Positions 1 to 9,759 of a stretch of 64,000 nt of DNA are shown here, piece after piece. Numbering within the stretch: the first letter of the stretch is position 1; each line of letters begins with the position of its first letter. Position numbers and translations under genes: made by a program. Below the pieces are notes generated by a model that saw only the letters and a program-made list of their open reading frames with translations, was not told where the DNA came from and ran no database searches. Source of the stretch: an uncultured Bacillaceae bacterium (GTDB taxonomy: Bacteria; Bacillota; Bacilli; Bacillales; Bacillaceae_B); contig CAVXKK010000003.1 of assembly GCA_963762295.1 (NCBI GenBank), positions 265,398-329,397 on the forward strand. Reading direction: 5' to 3'.

Positions 1-542
1 ACATCGGACAGGTCCTTCAATTCCTTGATCATGTTTTCCGTCAAACGCTCCCACATGGCCGCAATCTTCGGGTTTACGCCTTCGAACTGGATCGGGACGC
101 GCTCCTTCAACCCGACGATGCGAAATGCCCCTTTTTCTTCTATTCGATAGTTCATTTCATTTCCTCCCTTAATGGCTAGTTGGAAGGTCATCGGTGGATA
201 CGCTTTGAGTGAAAGCCCACTCTTCCTGGCTTCTGAAGGCGTGATTCCATGAAGCTGCTGAAAGGCCCTGGCAAATGAATCAGGTGAGTGGTACCCATAC
301 TTCATCGCCACATCAATCACCTTCATCCCGTCCTGCTTCAGTTCGAACGCAGCAAGGGTCAAGCGCCTCCGGCGAATGTACTCTGACAACGTGACGCCTG
401 CCAGGAACGAGAACATCCGCTTGAAGTGATACTCTGAGCATAACGCCCGCTTGGCCACTTCCTTATAATCGATTACCTGGGCCAGGTTCTCCTCGACATA
501 TGTCAGTGCCTGGTTCATTTGTTTTAGCGAATCCATCTTCAT
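1..542 (-). CDS. AraC-family transcriptional regulator with probable GyrI-like effector domain (YdeE-like); 3' part runs off the window
   Basis: Manual minus-strand translation [20 protein letters not shown]...[31 protein letters not shown]...[30 protein letters not shown]; AGGAGG RBS upstream; start may be 536. Confidence 0.85.
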   Translation of the reverse strand, partial: MKMDSLKQMNQALTYVEENLAQVIDYKEVAKRALCSEYHFKRMFSFLAGVTLSEYIRRRRLTLAAFELKQDGMKVIDVAMKYGYHSPDSFARAFQQLHGITPSEARKSGLSLKAYPPMTFQLAIKGGNEMNYRIEEKGAFRIVGLKERVPIQFEGVNPKIAAMWERLTENMIKELKDLSD

Positions 543-739
543 GACCTCCTCTTCCTATACATTATCAGGGTCAGCATGCCTCCATCCGACTTTTCATGCA
601 CGGTTATGCAGGGTGGCACCAGAGAATCCCCCAGCCCTCTATTGAAATAGAGGTGGAGGTTCTTTTAAATATAAAATAACACCTCTTCCGAAATGGGAAA
701 AGGTGTTCCTGAGTATGCCTATACACACACATGTCAGGC

Positions 740-1768
740 TCAAAGCTTTCTGAACCTCTTCAACGCTTGAGTATTCAATAGATACAGAATGAATGCGTAC
801 ACGATCAATCCAAGGAGATACCCCCATATCCCCGTGAACCCCTCTCCATATACCATGACCGCTTTGATTGCTGCAGCCCCGTAATAGATCGGCATGATGT
901 AAGACAAGTAGCCGAGATGATAAGGGATCAGGTCCAAGGGAATCAATCCTGAGAAAAACACCTGGGGGATGATGGTGAATGGGATCAATTGCACGACCTG
1001 TAGCTCGGACCGGGCGAAGATCGAAATCATGGCCCCGAAGGACACAGCCGTCACAGCCAACAGCACCATGGCCACCAGCACCCAGCCGATATTCCCCACC
1101 GACTGCAATTGAAGGACATAGACGGAGTAGATGACAATCAGAACCGCTTGAATGACGGCAAAGACGCCATAACCGGCCGTATATCCGAGAATCACTTCCC
1201 CCCGCTTGATCGGGGTCATCATCAACCGTTCCAAGGTACCCCCGCTGCTTTCTCTTACAAGGGCCATCCCGGAAATGATGAACACCATGAAAAAGGAGAA
1301 GATGGCGAGGAACACATACCCTAGGGAATCAAACGTTGATTGGTCTGCGTCCCCATAAACATAGGTCACATCCAGTTCTGCCTTTGGATTCAGGGAGCCC
1401 ATGGCGGCTTGGATCCCGCTGGCAGCCTTCGCCGCTTTTGAATCGGGCTCATGCATGATCAGCTCATTGCCCGATTGCTCAGAGAGCAGGAAGATCGCAT
1501 CCACATCCTGATGATCATTCAAGTAGTCTTTCGCAGCCTGTGTGTCATCGATGTTGACATCGGTGACCTTCACGTCCTCTCCTTCCAACGCGGTGACAAC
1601 CGGATCCGGTACAGTCGATGTATTCACTCCGACGGTGGGCACATACCCAGAATCCCCAAGCAGGAAATAGACCAGTGTCAAAATCAATAATGGTGCAACC
1701 AGAATCATCATGATGCTTCGTTTGTCATTGATCGTTTGCCGGATGACACGTTTAGCGAGATAGATCAT
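740..1768 (-). CDS. ABC-2 type transporter permease
   Basis: Multiple TM segments; 'RESSGGTLERLMMTP' ABC-2 permease motif; overlaps the ATPase stop. Confidence 0.9.
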   Translation of the reverse strand: MIYLAKRVIRQTINDKRSIMMILVAPLLILTLVYFLLGDSGYVPTVGVNTSTVPDPVVTALEGEDVKVTDVNIDDTQAAKDYLNDHQDVDAIFLLSEQSGNELIMHEPDSKAAKAASGIQAAMGSLNPKAELDVTYVYGDADQSTFDSLGYVFLAIFSFFMVFIISGMALVRESSGGTLERLMMTPIKRGEVILGYTAGYGVFAVIQAVLIVIYSVYVLQLQSVGNIGWVLVAMVLLAVTAVSFGAMISIFARSELQVVQLIPFTIIPQVFFSGLIPLDLIPYHLGYLSYIMPIYYGAAAIKAVMVYGEGFTGIWGYLLGLIVYAFILYLLNTQALKRFRKL

Positions 1769-2496
1769 GTTTCAGCACCGCCTTTCACGGAACACGAAGC
1801 CATGAAAAACAGCTCTTCCACCCGCCCGTTCTTCGTTTTATTCAGCAGCGTTGGCACCGCATCATACTCAATCAACGACCCATTGTAGATCAGAGCCGCC
1901 TTGTCGCACTCGGTGACTTCATCCATCACATGGGTGGATACGATGATGGTGGTTCCTTCATGCTTGATCCGCTGAAATTGATCCCAAATCGTCCTGCGCA
2001 GAACCGGATCGATCCCAACGGTCGGTTCATCCAGGAACAACAGATCCGGAGAATGCAAAATCGAAGCCGCAAGGGAGAGGCGCTTTTTCATCCCTCCGGA
2101 AAAATTCCTCACCAATTTCCTCCGGTGCTCTGTCAGATCCACGATGGCAAGCACTTCATCAATGCGCTCTTCCAACGCTTTCTTCCCCAAATGATACAGT
2201 CCCCCGAAAAAGATCAAGTTGGCCTCAGCAGACAAATCATCATACAACGCATCATTCTGTGGCATGAACCCGATCTTCTTCAACATGTTCATATCGGGCA
2301 TTGGGACATCCCCGAATCGGATGCTTCCCTGATCTGCCTCGATGGCCCCGATCATCAGACGGATCAAGGTGGTTTTCCCTGAACCGGATGGGCCTAGTAA
2401 ACAACAGATCGTTCCTGCCGGGATGGTGAAGCTGATGTCATTGATCACGTTCTTATCATCAAAGGATTTACTCACATTCGAAACGATAATCTCCAT
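1765..2496 (-). CDS. ABC transporter ATP-binding protein
   Basis: Walker A GPSGSGKT, signature FSGGM, Walker B LFLDEPT; start MEIIVSNV after GGGGGG RBS. Confidence 0.93.
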   Translation of the reverse strand: MEIIVSNVSKSFDDKNVINDISFTIPAGTICCLLGPSGSGKTTLIRLMIGAIEADQGSIRFGDVPMPDMNMLKKIGFMPQNDALYDDLSAEANLIFFGGLYHLGKKALEERIDEVLAIVDLTEHRRKLVRNFSGGMKKRLSLAASILHSPDLLFLDEPTVGIDPVLRRTIWDQFQRIKHEGTTIIVSTHVMDEVTECDKAALIYNGSLIEYDAVPTLLNKTKNGRVEELFFMASCSVKGGAET

Positions 2497-2553
2497 TCTT
2501 ATCCCCCCATTGCCCAACATTTTTTCTTTCGTATGGTTCATGTTAGGGTAAAA

Positions 2554-2577
2554 TAATAAACAACACGTTGTTCATTA
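2554..2577. promoter_or_regulatory. Putative TetR operator (inverted repeat TAAT-a-AACAAC-ac-GTTGTT-c-ATTA)
   Basis: Palindrome between divergent ABC operon and TetR gene. Confidence 0.55.
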
Positions 2578-2698
2578 CGATGTACTCATAGTATACGTAC
2601 AGATTTTACCCTGCTCAATCATCATTTATGAATGAAGTGTAGGTTAACCCACACATTCCAAGGATGTGTCGGAAAAAATATCAGGGAGGAACCGTCAG

Positions 2699-3310
2699 AT
2701 GAGCGATGCACATTTGGATCTGCGCGTGATCCGCACGAAAGCTTCTATAAAGCAGGCACTGATCGAGCTGATCGAAGAGAAAGGCTTTGAGGCGCTCACC
2801 GTTAAAGATATTACAACCAAGGCGAACATCAATCGCGGGACTTTTTACAGTCATTATCAGGATAAATATGATTTGATGACCAAGTGTGAAGAAGAACTGT
2901 TGAAGGAAATGAAGAACAAAATTGCGAAGAACATCCCACAGATCATCTCGGACCTTAATGAACGCCATACCATCCCGTTCGCTTTTCTCGTTCCCTTCTT
3001 TGACTATATTCAACAAAACAAAGGACTCATGAACATACTGCTCAGCCCGAACAGTGATTCCTCACTTCAAACCAAAATAAAAGAAGTGATGACCAACGCC
3101 CTCTTCAACCGGCAAAACGAAGCCATTATCATAGAAGAACAGCTCCATATCCCAAAGGCGTACGTCATTTCCTATATTGCCTCCGCCCACTTAGGGGTGA
3201 TCAAAGAATGGCTGGATTCCGGTGGCGAGGAGTCCCCGCATGAAATGGCTCGGATCATTTCCTCCATGACCCTTACCGGCCCGTTGGCAGCTGCGGGGAT
3301 CAAGAAGTAA
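2699..3310 (+). CDS. TetR/AcrR-family regulator
   Basis: DLRVIRTKASIKQALIELIEEKGFEALTVKDITTKANINRGTFYSHY HTH. Confidence 0.93.
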   Translation: MSDAHLDLRVIRTKASIKQALIELIEEKGFEALTVKDITTKANINRGTFYSHYQDKYDLMTKCEEELLKEMKNKIAKNIPQIISDLNERHTIPFAFLVPFFDYIQQNKGLMNILLSPNSDSSLQTKIKEVMTNALFNRQNEAIIIEEQLHIPKAYVISYIASAHLGVIKEWLDSGGEESPHEMARIISSMTLTGPLAAAGIKK

Positions 3311-3334
3311 CAGGCGGACTCCATCACAAATAGA

Positions 3335-3369
3335 AAAACAGCGTCTTCCTTTACGGAAAACGCTGTTTT
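3335..3369. terminator. Bidirectional rho-independent terminator
   Basis: AAAACAGCGT...ACGCTGTTTT hairpin between convergent genes. Confidence 0.75.
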
Positions 3370-3375
3370 GCTTTT

Positions 3376-4749
3376 TTATTCCCCTTGCTCCTCCAACGGA
3401 ACCTTCTTCCCGATCCCAAACGCAAAGTAACTGATCGTCACCAGCGCAAGGAACACGATCCCCACAATCAGCGACATGCGCGTGTCGTCATTGAACCACA
3501 TGCCGACGAGGACTGCGACCAGGAAGGCCAGGGTCAGATAGTTCGTGACCGGTGCGAACGGCATTTTGAACGGATGATCGTCGAGTTCGGCACCCTTTAT
3601 CTTCCGGAACCGGATCTGACTGATCAGGATGACGAACCACGGGACCATTCCCGGAAGGACGCTTGAACTGTAGACGTAGACGAACAGGTTCTCCGGTGCG
3701 ATATAGCTCAGGATGACCCCGATTCCGAGTCCGATCATGACGCCGATCGTACCGAGGAGCGGTACCCCATTCCGGGAGAGCTTCGTGAACGATTTTGGTG
3801 CTTGTCCATTCACACCGAGCGTGTACAGCATCCGTCCCGCACTGTAGATCCCACTGTTACAGCCTGACATGGCCGCGGTGATGACGACGAAGTTGATGAC
3901 GCCGGCCGCTGCCGTGATCCCGACTTTGGCGAATGTCGCGACGAACGGGCTTCCGATCGAATTCAACTGATCCCACGGATACACGGTGACGATGACGAAG
4001 ATCGCCCCGATATAGAAGATCAGGATCCGCCAGATGATGCTCTGGATCGCTTTCGTGATCGTGTTCTTCGGATCGCGGGCCTCACCGGCCGTGATCCCAA
4101 TCAATTCCACCCCTTGGTAGGCCGCCACCACAAGGGAGAGGGCAAAGAAGAAGCCAGACCATCCGCCGGCAAAGAAGCCGCCGTTCGCCCACAGGTTCGA
4201 GAGCCCGATGGCGTCTCCCCCATTACCGAGTCCGAAGAAGATCAGGCCGATCCCCGCGAAAATCATCAGGACGATGGTGATAATTTTTATAAGTGCAAAC
4301 CAAAATTCAAACTCCCCGAAGGATTTCACGGAAATCAGATTCGCCGCACCCAGGATGGCCATGGCGATGATCCCCGGTATCCAAGCCGGCAGATCCGGGA
4401 ACCAGTACTGCATGTAAGCCCCTACTGCGACGATTTCGGCCATCCCGACGATGACCCATTGGAACCAGTTGCTCCACGCCGTCATGTACCCGGCAAGTGG
4501 ATGGATATATTTGTGCCCGAAGGTTGCGAATGAACCGGTGCTCGGCTCGACATACAGCATTTCCCCCATGGCACGCATGATGAAGAAGATGAAAATCCCG
4601 GCAATCGCATAAGCCAGCAGGACAGACGGACCTGTCCACTGGATCGTGCTCGCCGATCCCATAAATAATCCGACGCCAATCGTACCGCCCAAAGCAATCA
4701 TCTGAATGTGACGTGCTTCCAGGCCTCGATGCAATTCTTTGTTAGCCAT
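3376..4749 (-). CDS. ybxG: APC-family amino acid permease, YbxG orthologue
   Basis: [42 protein letters not shown] closely matches remembered B. subtilis YbxG along its length. Confidence 0.85.
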   Translation of the reverse strand: MANKELHRGLEARHIQMIALGGTIGVGLFMGSASTIQWTGPSVLLAYAIAGIFIFFIMRAMGEMLYVEPSTGSFATFGHKYIHPLAGYMTAWSNWFQWVIVGMAEIVAVGAYMQYWFPDLPAWIPGIIAMAILGAANLISVKSFGEFEFWFALIKIITIVLMIFAGIGLIFFGLGNGGDAIGLSNLWANGGFFAGGWSGFFFALSLVVAAYQGVELIGITAGEARDPKNTITKAIQSIIWRILIFYIGAIFVIVTVYPWDQLNSIGSPFVATFAKVGITAAAGVINFVVITAAMSGCNSGIYSAGRMLYTLGVNGQAPKSFTKLSRNGVPLLGTIGVMIGLGIGVILSYIAPENLFVYVYSSSVLPGMVPWFVILISQIRFRKIKGAELDDHPFKMPFAPVTNYLTLAFLVAVLVGMWFNDDTRMSLIVGIVFLALVTISYFAFGIGKKVPLEEQGE

Positions 4750-5116
4750 GCTGTTCCCCTCTTTTACGATTATTCGCTCTGATGTCGTAGAACGTGAAGC
4801 TTAATTGTTTTTCATTATAATATGTTTCCTATGTGAAAACAATTGTGTTTTCAGGAGAAACATTCATTCATGAGGACTATTGACAAATGAATATTTGTGG
4901 AAATATTAGGATTCCTTATTTCAGTATAATTTTCGTCTAGATCCTTGTTCACATGATTGGAATGGAGTGCTCAGTTAGTATCCGCCTTTCTCCATACAAC
5001 CATCCCCCACACTACGTCTTAAGGCTTACTCGAAAATAAAGCCCTGGTCCATCAAAAGGAAGCCAGGATCACGGTAGAATAAGAGAAAGAAATGAGATAG
5101 GAAATGGAGTGGAAAC

Positions 5117-5353
5117 ATGAAGAAAATGTGGGTATTCTGGTGGATGACCAATCTGTTCTGGGTGATTCTGTTCGGTGTGGTTTCGGCGTTCATCTGGCTG
5201 AGGGGTGTGGACGGGGCGGGGGTTGTGCAGACCCCGGAAGCGAAGCTAGTGGCGTTTCTGATCCTTGCGGCTGCCTTCCTTTTCCCGGCCATCATTCAAG
5301 GGGTTTGGCTTGTGGTGAATGTGGTGATGCAACGGAAAAAGACGGTACTATAA
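5117..5353 (+). CDS. Small two-TM membrane protein (DUF3923-like)
   Basis: GGAG RBS, two hydrophobic helices around 'RGVDGAGVVQT', terminator follows. Confidence 0.7.
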   Translation: MKKMWVFWWMTNLFWVILFGVVSAFIWLRGVDGAGVVQTPEAKLVAFLILAAAFLFPAIIQGVWLVVNVVMQRKKTVL

Positions 5354-5521
5354 AAAACAGAACTTCCTTCGCATAGGGAGTTCTGTTTCGTTATGTATGG
5401 AGTCGGTTGCACATAGAACTTTTATTAGTTTGTTTCACTGGTGGAAATAAAAAATCTCCTAAAATAAGGTACCGATCTATGATAAGATGGGAACACATCA
5501 CAAGAAAGGAGTGCGAAGCTC

Positions 5522-5849
5522 ATGACAGACACCGGCTGGTCCATCATCCTCAACGCGGTTGTCGCACTTGGTTTTGCCATCAGTCTCTTCTATTACGATC
5601 CCTTTTTCTACACACGGATGATGGCGATGTCTTTTTGCCCTATCGGAAGTCGTGATCTTACTGCAAAAGGGACGAATAAAGAAAGGCATGTATATCGTCT
5701 ATTCCATCATCATCCTTGGCATGATGGTCATCGCGAATCAATATGATCAGGATCGTGTTGATGTCTGGCAAACCATCTTTCTTTGTATTTGTGTATTTAC
5801 GCTGTTAAGCACCACCTATCGAACCTTGTACCATGAGCCTCGTACATAG
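5522..5849 (+). pseudogene. Small membrane protein split by an apparent frameshift near 5630-5650
   Basis: Hydrophobic ORF 5522 continues in another frame as ORF 5652..5849; AAGGAG RBS. Confidence 0.5.
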
Positions 5850-5876
5850 CCAAGCAGCTGAAGACCTGAACGGTTT

Positions 5877-6359
5877 TCAGCTGTTTTCATGATTTCTTTC
5901 ATGGTGCAACAGCCACTCTTTCCTCCACACGCCTCCTGCATACCCCGTCATCGTCCCGTTTGAGCCAATGATGCGATGGCACGGGATGACGATGCTCAGC
6001 TTGTTCTTCCCGTTGGCACTGCCGACGGCTCGGATCGCTTTTTCATTGCCGATCGAGATGGCAAGCTCTTTGTAGGAACCCGTCTCGCCGTACGTCAGGT
6101 CGAGCAGTCCCTTCCAGACACGCTTCTGAAAGTCGGTCCCCTTCACATGGACGGGAAACGAGAACGTCCGGCGGGTGCCGTTGAAATACTCGACGAGCTG
6201 ATCATGACAGTCGATGATGACGTCAGGCGTATCGTCTTGAATCAAATGCTCCTTTTCTTCCCTATCCACAAATAAAATCGAAGACACGGCCTCGGCAGTC
6301 CCGATGATCTCGAGGATCCCAAGGGGCGTGTCCAGATCCAGTTTATACTCCTTCTCCGT
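5877..6359 (-). CDS. ogt: Methylated-DNA-protein-cysteine methyltransferase (Ogt/AdaB); expected start codon reads ACG
   Basis: Active site IPCHRII, 'GTDFQKRVW', 'RAVGSANGKN'. Confidence 0.92.
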   Translation of the reverse strand, partial: TEKEYKLDLDTPLGILEIIGTAEAVSSILFVDREEKEHLIQDDTPDVIIDCHDQLVEYFNGTRRTFSFPVHVKGTDFQKRVWKGLLDLTYGETGSYKELAISIGNEKAIRAVGSANGKNKLSIVIPCHRIIGSNGTMTGYAGGVWRKEWLLHHERNHENS

Positions 6360-7257
6360 ACAGTGATCGCCAGAGATAAAACGTAGCATAGGCTTCCCAT
6401 CCTTTCCAGTTGATGGCGTGTTCTTCAATTTCCTCGATTGTCGGCTTTCGTTCCAGGCCGAGGGCTTCCTTCAGGGCAAGATGAAGACCGACGTCTGCGA
6501 CAGGGAACGCGGTCCGGTCATGGAAGCATTTCATCCTGACATAGTCTGCCGTCCATGCTCCGACACCGCGAATCGCAAGTAACCTCTCCCGTATAGCCGA
6601 TGGATCCAATCGGAGTAGCGCCTCTTTGGAGAGTTCGCCTTTCGCCATAGCGTTTGCGAGATCAAGGATGTACTCCGCCTTCCGCTTCGTGAACTGAAGC
6701 TCCCGCAGTTCATCTACAGAGAGGGCTGCTATGCGTTCGTATGAGGGGAAGATCCAATGAGTGCTCCCGTTAAATGTCAGACTTTCCCCATACTTCTCCA
6801 CAAAGCGTTTCTTCAGTGTATAGGCAAATGTCAGGTTGATCTGCTGACCAAGGATGGCCCATACAAGCGCCTCAAACAAGTCGGGTATGCAGAGGATGCG
6901 CATGCCTTCGTACCGCTCAGCGAATGGCTTCAGCACAGGATCCCGTCCAGCCATCTTCATGAACCCGGCGAGGTCCTGTTCCAGATCAAACCACTCCACC
7001 ATGAAATCTGCCACACACGCCCGAGCGCGTGTTGATGGAGCTGTGTTCAGGAACGTGACATTCAAGGCTTCGCCGGTGGAAGTGACCTTACAGATAATCA
7101 ACTCTCCCTCTACCTTCAGAAGCTTGAGGACCGCACCCTCCCTTGCCTGATGAAGCACTTCCTGGTCCGACCTGGCCAAAAACCTCAAGCACTCCTTGAA
7201 GCTGAAGGGCTTTGGTAGACTGATTTCAATCGACGGTCCATGATCACTCCAGCTCAT
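6343..7257 (-). CDS. alkA: DNA-3-methyladenine glycosylase II (AlkA)
   Basis: 'FEALVWAILGQQI', HhH 'LLAIRGVGAWTADY', 'FPVADVGL'. Confidence 0.92.
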   Translation of the reverse strand: MSWSDHGPSIEISLPKPFSFKECLRFLARSDQEVLHQAREGAVLKLLKVEGELIICKVTSTGEALNVTFLNTAPSTRARACVADFMVEWFDLEQDLAGFMKMAGRDPVLKPFAERYEGMRILCIPDLFEALVWAILGQQINLTFAYTLKKRFVEKYGESLTFNGSTHWIFPSYERIAALSVDELRELQFTKRKAEYILDLANAMAKGELSKEALLRLDPSAIRERLLAIRGVGAWTADYVRMKCFHDRTAFPVADVGLHLALKEALGLERKPTIEEIEEHAINWKGWEAYATFYLWRSLYGEGV

Positions 7258-7816
7258 CCAACCGCTCCCTTCGATACTCACTCGGTGAGCACTCTTTTAT
7301 GCGTTTAAACACTTTATAAAAATTGGACGGACTCTGGAATCCCACTTCATAACAGATCTCAAGATTCGTCAGACCGGACTCACGAAGCAAGTTCGCCGCC
7401 TTATCAATCCTGATCTTCTCCAGATACATCCGCGGCGTATGGGACGTTTCTTCCTTGAAGACCCGCTCCAGGTGATAGCTGCTCAGCCCCACCCCGTCCG
7501 CAATATCCTGCAGCTTCAACGGCTGCTTGTGATGGTTGACCAGGAAGGCGATTGTCTCCTGGACGACCCCGATATGCGGCGAATGCTCCTCTTCGGGTTT
7601 GCACCTCTTGCAGGCACGGTACCCCGCCTGCTCCGCCTCCGCCCGCTCCTGATAGAAGTCCACGTTTACTTTTTTCGGCTTCCTCGATCGGCACGAGGGC
7701 CGGCAATAGATCTTCGTTGTCTTCACCGCCGTGAAGAACAACCCATCATACGTCCGGTCGCATGCCATGATTTTCTCCCACATCTCTTCAAAAGAGAGAT
7801 TCACCGCCGTCTTCAT
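7244..7816 (-). CDS. adaA: Ada metal-binding/AraC bifunctional activator (AdaA)
   Basis: CDRTYDGLFFTAVKTTKIYCRPSC...RACKRC Zn motif plus AraC HTH. Confidence 0.93.
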   Translation of the reverse strand: MKTAVNLSFEEMWEKIMACDRTYDGLFFTAVKTTKIYCRPSCRSRKPKKVNVDFYQERAEAEQAGYRACKRCKPEEEHSPHIGVVQETIAFLVNHHKQPLKLQDIADGVGLSSYHLERVFKEETSHTPRMYLEKIRIDKAANLLRESGLTNLEICYEVGFQSPSNFYKVFKRIKECSPSEYRRERLDELE

Positions 7817-7972
7817 CGTCCTTCACCGCTTTCCTTCATCATCACTGGTTCCATCTTACCAATCTTTCACGGGGCATTTCATCCTCATTCTTGCTGTTTG
7901 GGTCTGATGTCATTCACACGCCACCCTTTTATTGGTAAAATATGAGTAACTATCTAGAAAAGGAAGGTTTTT

Positions 7973-8299
7973 ATGTTCTATAAATCTCCACTCATTCGCT
8001 CCTTTATCCTACTTGCCGCTTTTTATCTGATTATCACGGAAACCTATTTTTACGCTTTCCTGCTCATCATCCTTTCCTTCGTTTTCCAATCACCGGGATC
8101 CCAAGGAAAAAAGGCTGCGCATTATCGGGTAAGCGACGCCGCCTATCGATGCAGCTTCCTATTCATTCTCATATTGCTCGGCGTCCACTTGTACATCGTG
8201 GAACTTACCCTACCGGCCGGGCTCGGGATGACCGTCATCTTCATGCTACTGTCAGAGATTGTGTTTTCCCTCGTCTTCCATGCTCCCGATTATCATTGA
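7973..8299 (+). CDS. Hypothetical membrane protein
   Basis: AGGAAGG RBS, hydrophobic segments. Confidence 0.65.
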   Translation: MFYKSPLIRSFILLAAFYLIITETYFYAFLLIILSFVFQSPGSQGKKAAHYRVSDAAYRCSFLFILILLGVHLYIVELTLPAGLGMTVIFMLLSEIVFSLVFHAPDYH

Positions 8300-8350
8300 T
8301 CAGCTGGCTTGCCGGTACATATACTTTCTGTATAAAGGAGGAAGCAGAAC

Positions 8351-8638
8351 ATGGATTTATTTCTCTACATCCTCATGGGACTCCTGATCGTCGCCGCCAA
8401 TGTGCTGGGGTTTCTCTCCTACCGTAAAAAGAAAAGCCTGTACTCCGTCGCACTTACCGTCCTGCTGATGGCACCCGTCCTCGGCGGAATCGGAGGCGTG
8501 ATCGCACTCCTCATCATCCGCGATGCCTTTGCCGTCTTCTACGGTCTGCAGGTCGCGTACTTCCTGCTCGTGAACAGCGCGATCGTCCTAGTCATCGCCG
8601 TCATCACGTCTGCCTTCAGAAACTACCGCACTCCTTAA
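8351..8638 (+). CDS. Hypothetical membrane protein (3 TM)
   Basis: AAGGAGG RBS, hydrophobic. Confidence 0.75.
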   Translation: MDLFLYILMGLLIVAANVLGFLSYRKKKSLYSVALTVLLMAPVLGGIGGVIALLIIRDAFAVFYGLQVAYFLLVNSAIVLVIAVITSAFRNYRTP

Positions 8639-8651
8639 GGAGGAGAATCAC

Positions 8652-8927
8652 ATGAAGAAAACCTATTCCATTCTTTCAGGGGCTTTTTCCGTCATGGCCA
8701 TCTTCCCGATCCTCGCCGGATTGACGAAGTGGGGATTTCCGCTGTATGTAGCGGTCCTGGAAGTGAGTCTCTTTTTGCCGTTTACACTGGCACTGGCTGG
8801 ACTCGTTTTTGCCCTGATGGGACTGAAAGGCAAGTTGAAAATCAGCTTGGTCGTACTGAATGCAGCCGGGCTATCCCTGTCGTTGTTGTTGGTGTTTGTG
8901 GCGCTGTTTGGATTTCAGCAGCCATAA
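8652..8927 (+). CDS. Hypothetical membrane protein (3 TM)
   Basis: AGGAGGAG RBS, hydrophobic. Confidence 0.75.
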   Translation: MKKTYSILSGAFSVMAIFPILAGLTKWGFPLYVAVLEVSLFLPFTLALAGLVFALMGLKGKLKISLVVLNAAGLSLSLLLVFVALFGFQQP

Positions 8928-9030
8928 AAGTAAATACCTTAAATGAAAACCCTTCCATTTTACTAACGAACAACCTCCCTCCTTCATGCTACAATGAAAC
9001 TGTCTTACATCCAAAAGGAGGGATTTTTTC

Positions 9031-9525
9031 ATGTTCACATCAACCAACGATTTTCTACGCGAATGGAAACAGGAAGCCGCCACGACCCAGAAGGTATTTG
9101 ATGCACTCACGGATGCGTCACTGACGCAGGAAGCCGGCCCTGACCTTTACACGATCGGAAGCGTGGCCTGGCACGTAACGGGGGCAGCGTATTATTTCAT
9201 GGCTCAAGTAGGTGTCACCTTTGAAGCACCGGACCTTCAAAAAGAAGCCCCGGCATCCGCTTCCGAAATCGCCGAAACGTACAAGCTCGTGAGCACGCGC
9301 CTCGCCGATGCTGTGTCAGAGCAGGTATCCGATGAGAAGCTGAACGAACCGATCAGCCTCTTCGGCATGGACATGCCGTTCCAAGGCGTCCTTCGCCTCC
9401 TCATCCAGCATCAGGCCCATCACCGTGGTCAGCTGACCGTTCTCATGCGCCAGGCAGGACTGCAGGTTCCTGGCGTGTATGGACCGAGTAAGGAAGAGTC
9501 GGAAGCGATGCGGGCAGGGAAGTAA
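9031..9525 (+). CDS. DinB/DUF664-family protein
   Basis: 'TIGSVAWHV' and 'HQAHHRGQLTVLMRQAGLQVPGVYGP' His motifs. Confidence 0.9.
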   Translation: MFTSTNDFLREWKQEAATTQKVFDALTDASLTQEAGPDLYTIGSVAWHVTGAAYYFMAQVGVTFEAPDLQKEAPASASEIAETYKLVSTRLADAVSEQVSDEKLNEPISLFGMDMPFQGVLRLLIQHQAHHRGQLTVLMRQAGLQVPGVYGPSKEESEAMRAGK

Positions 9526-9527
9526 AT

Positions 9528-9565
9528 AACAAACTCTTCAATTCATATGAATTGAAGAGTTTGTT
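9528..9565. terminator. Perfect 38-bp palindrome, probable terminator, at the left edge of the AT-rich segment
   Basis: AACAAACTCTTCAATTCAT|ATGAATTGAAGAGTTTGTT, no mismatch, no spacer. Confidence 0.65.
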
Positions 9566-9759
9566 CATCTTAATAATTTTTGGGCACCTAAAAACGTCAA
9601 AATTTCAAAAGTATATAATAAGTTTCACTCTTCTATTAAACTCAAGATAATTTTATTTGCAAAGTGAACAAGATATAAATAATATTTTCAAATAATCCAT
9701 AAAATAATTGTTAATAATTACCTAACTGCTATATAATTTTCTCAAGGGAGGAATTATTA

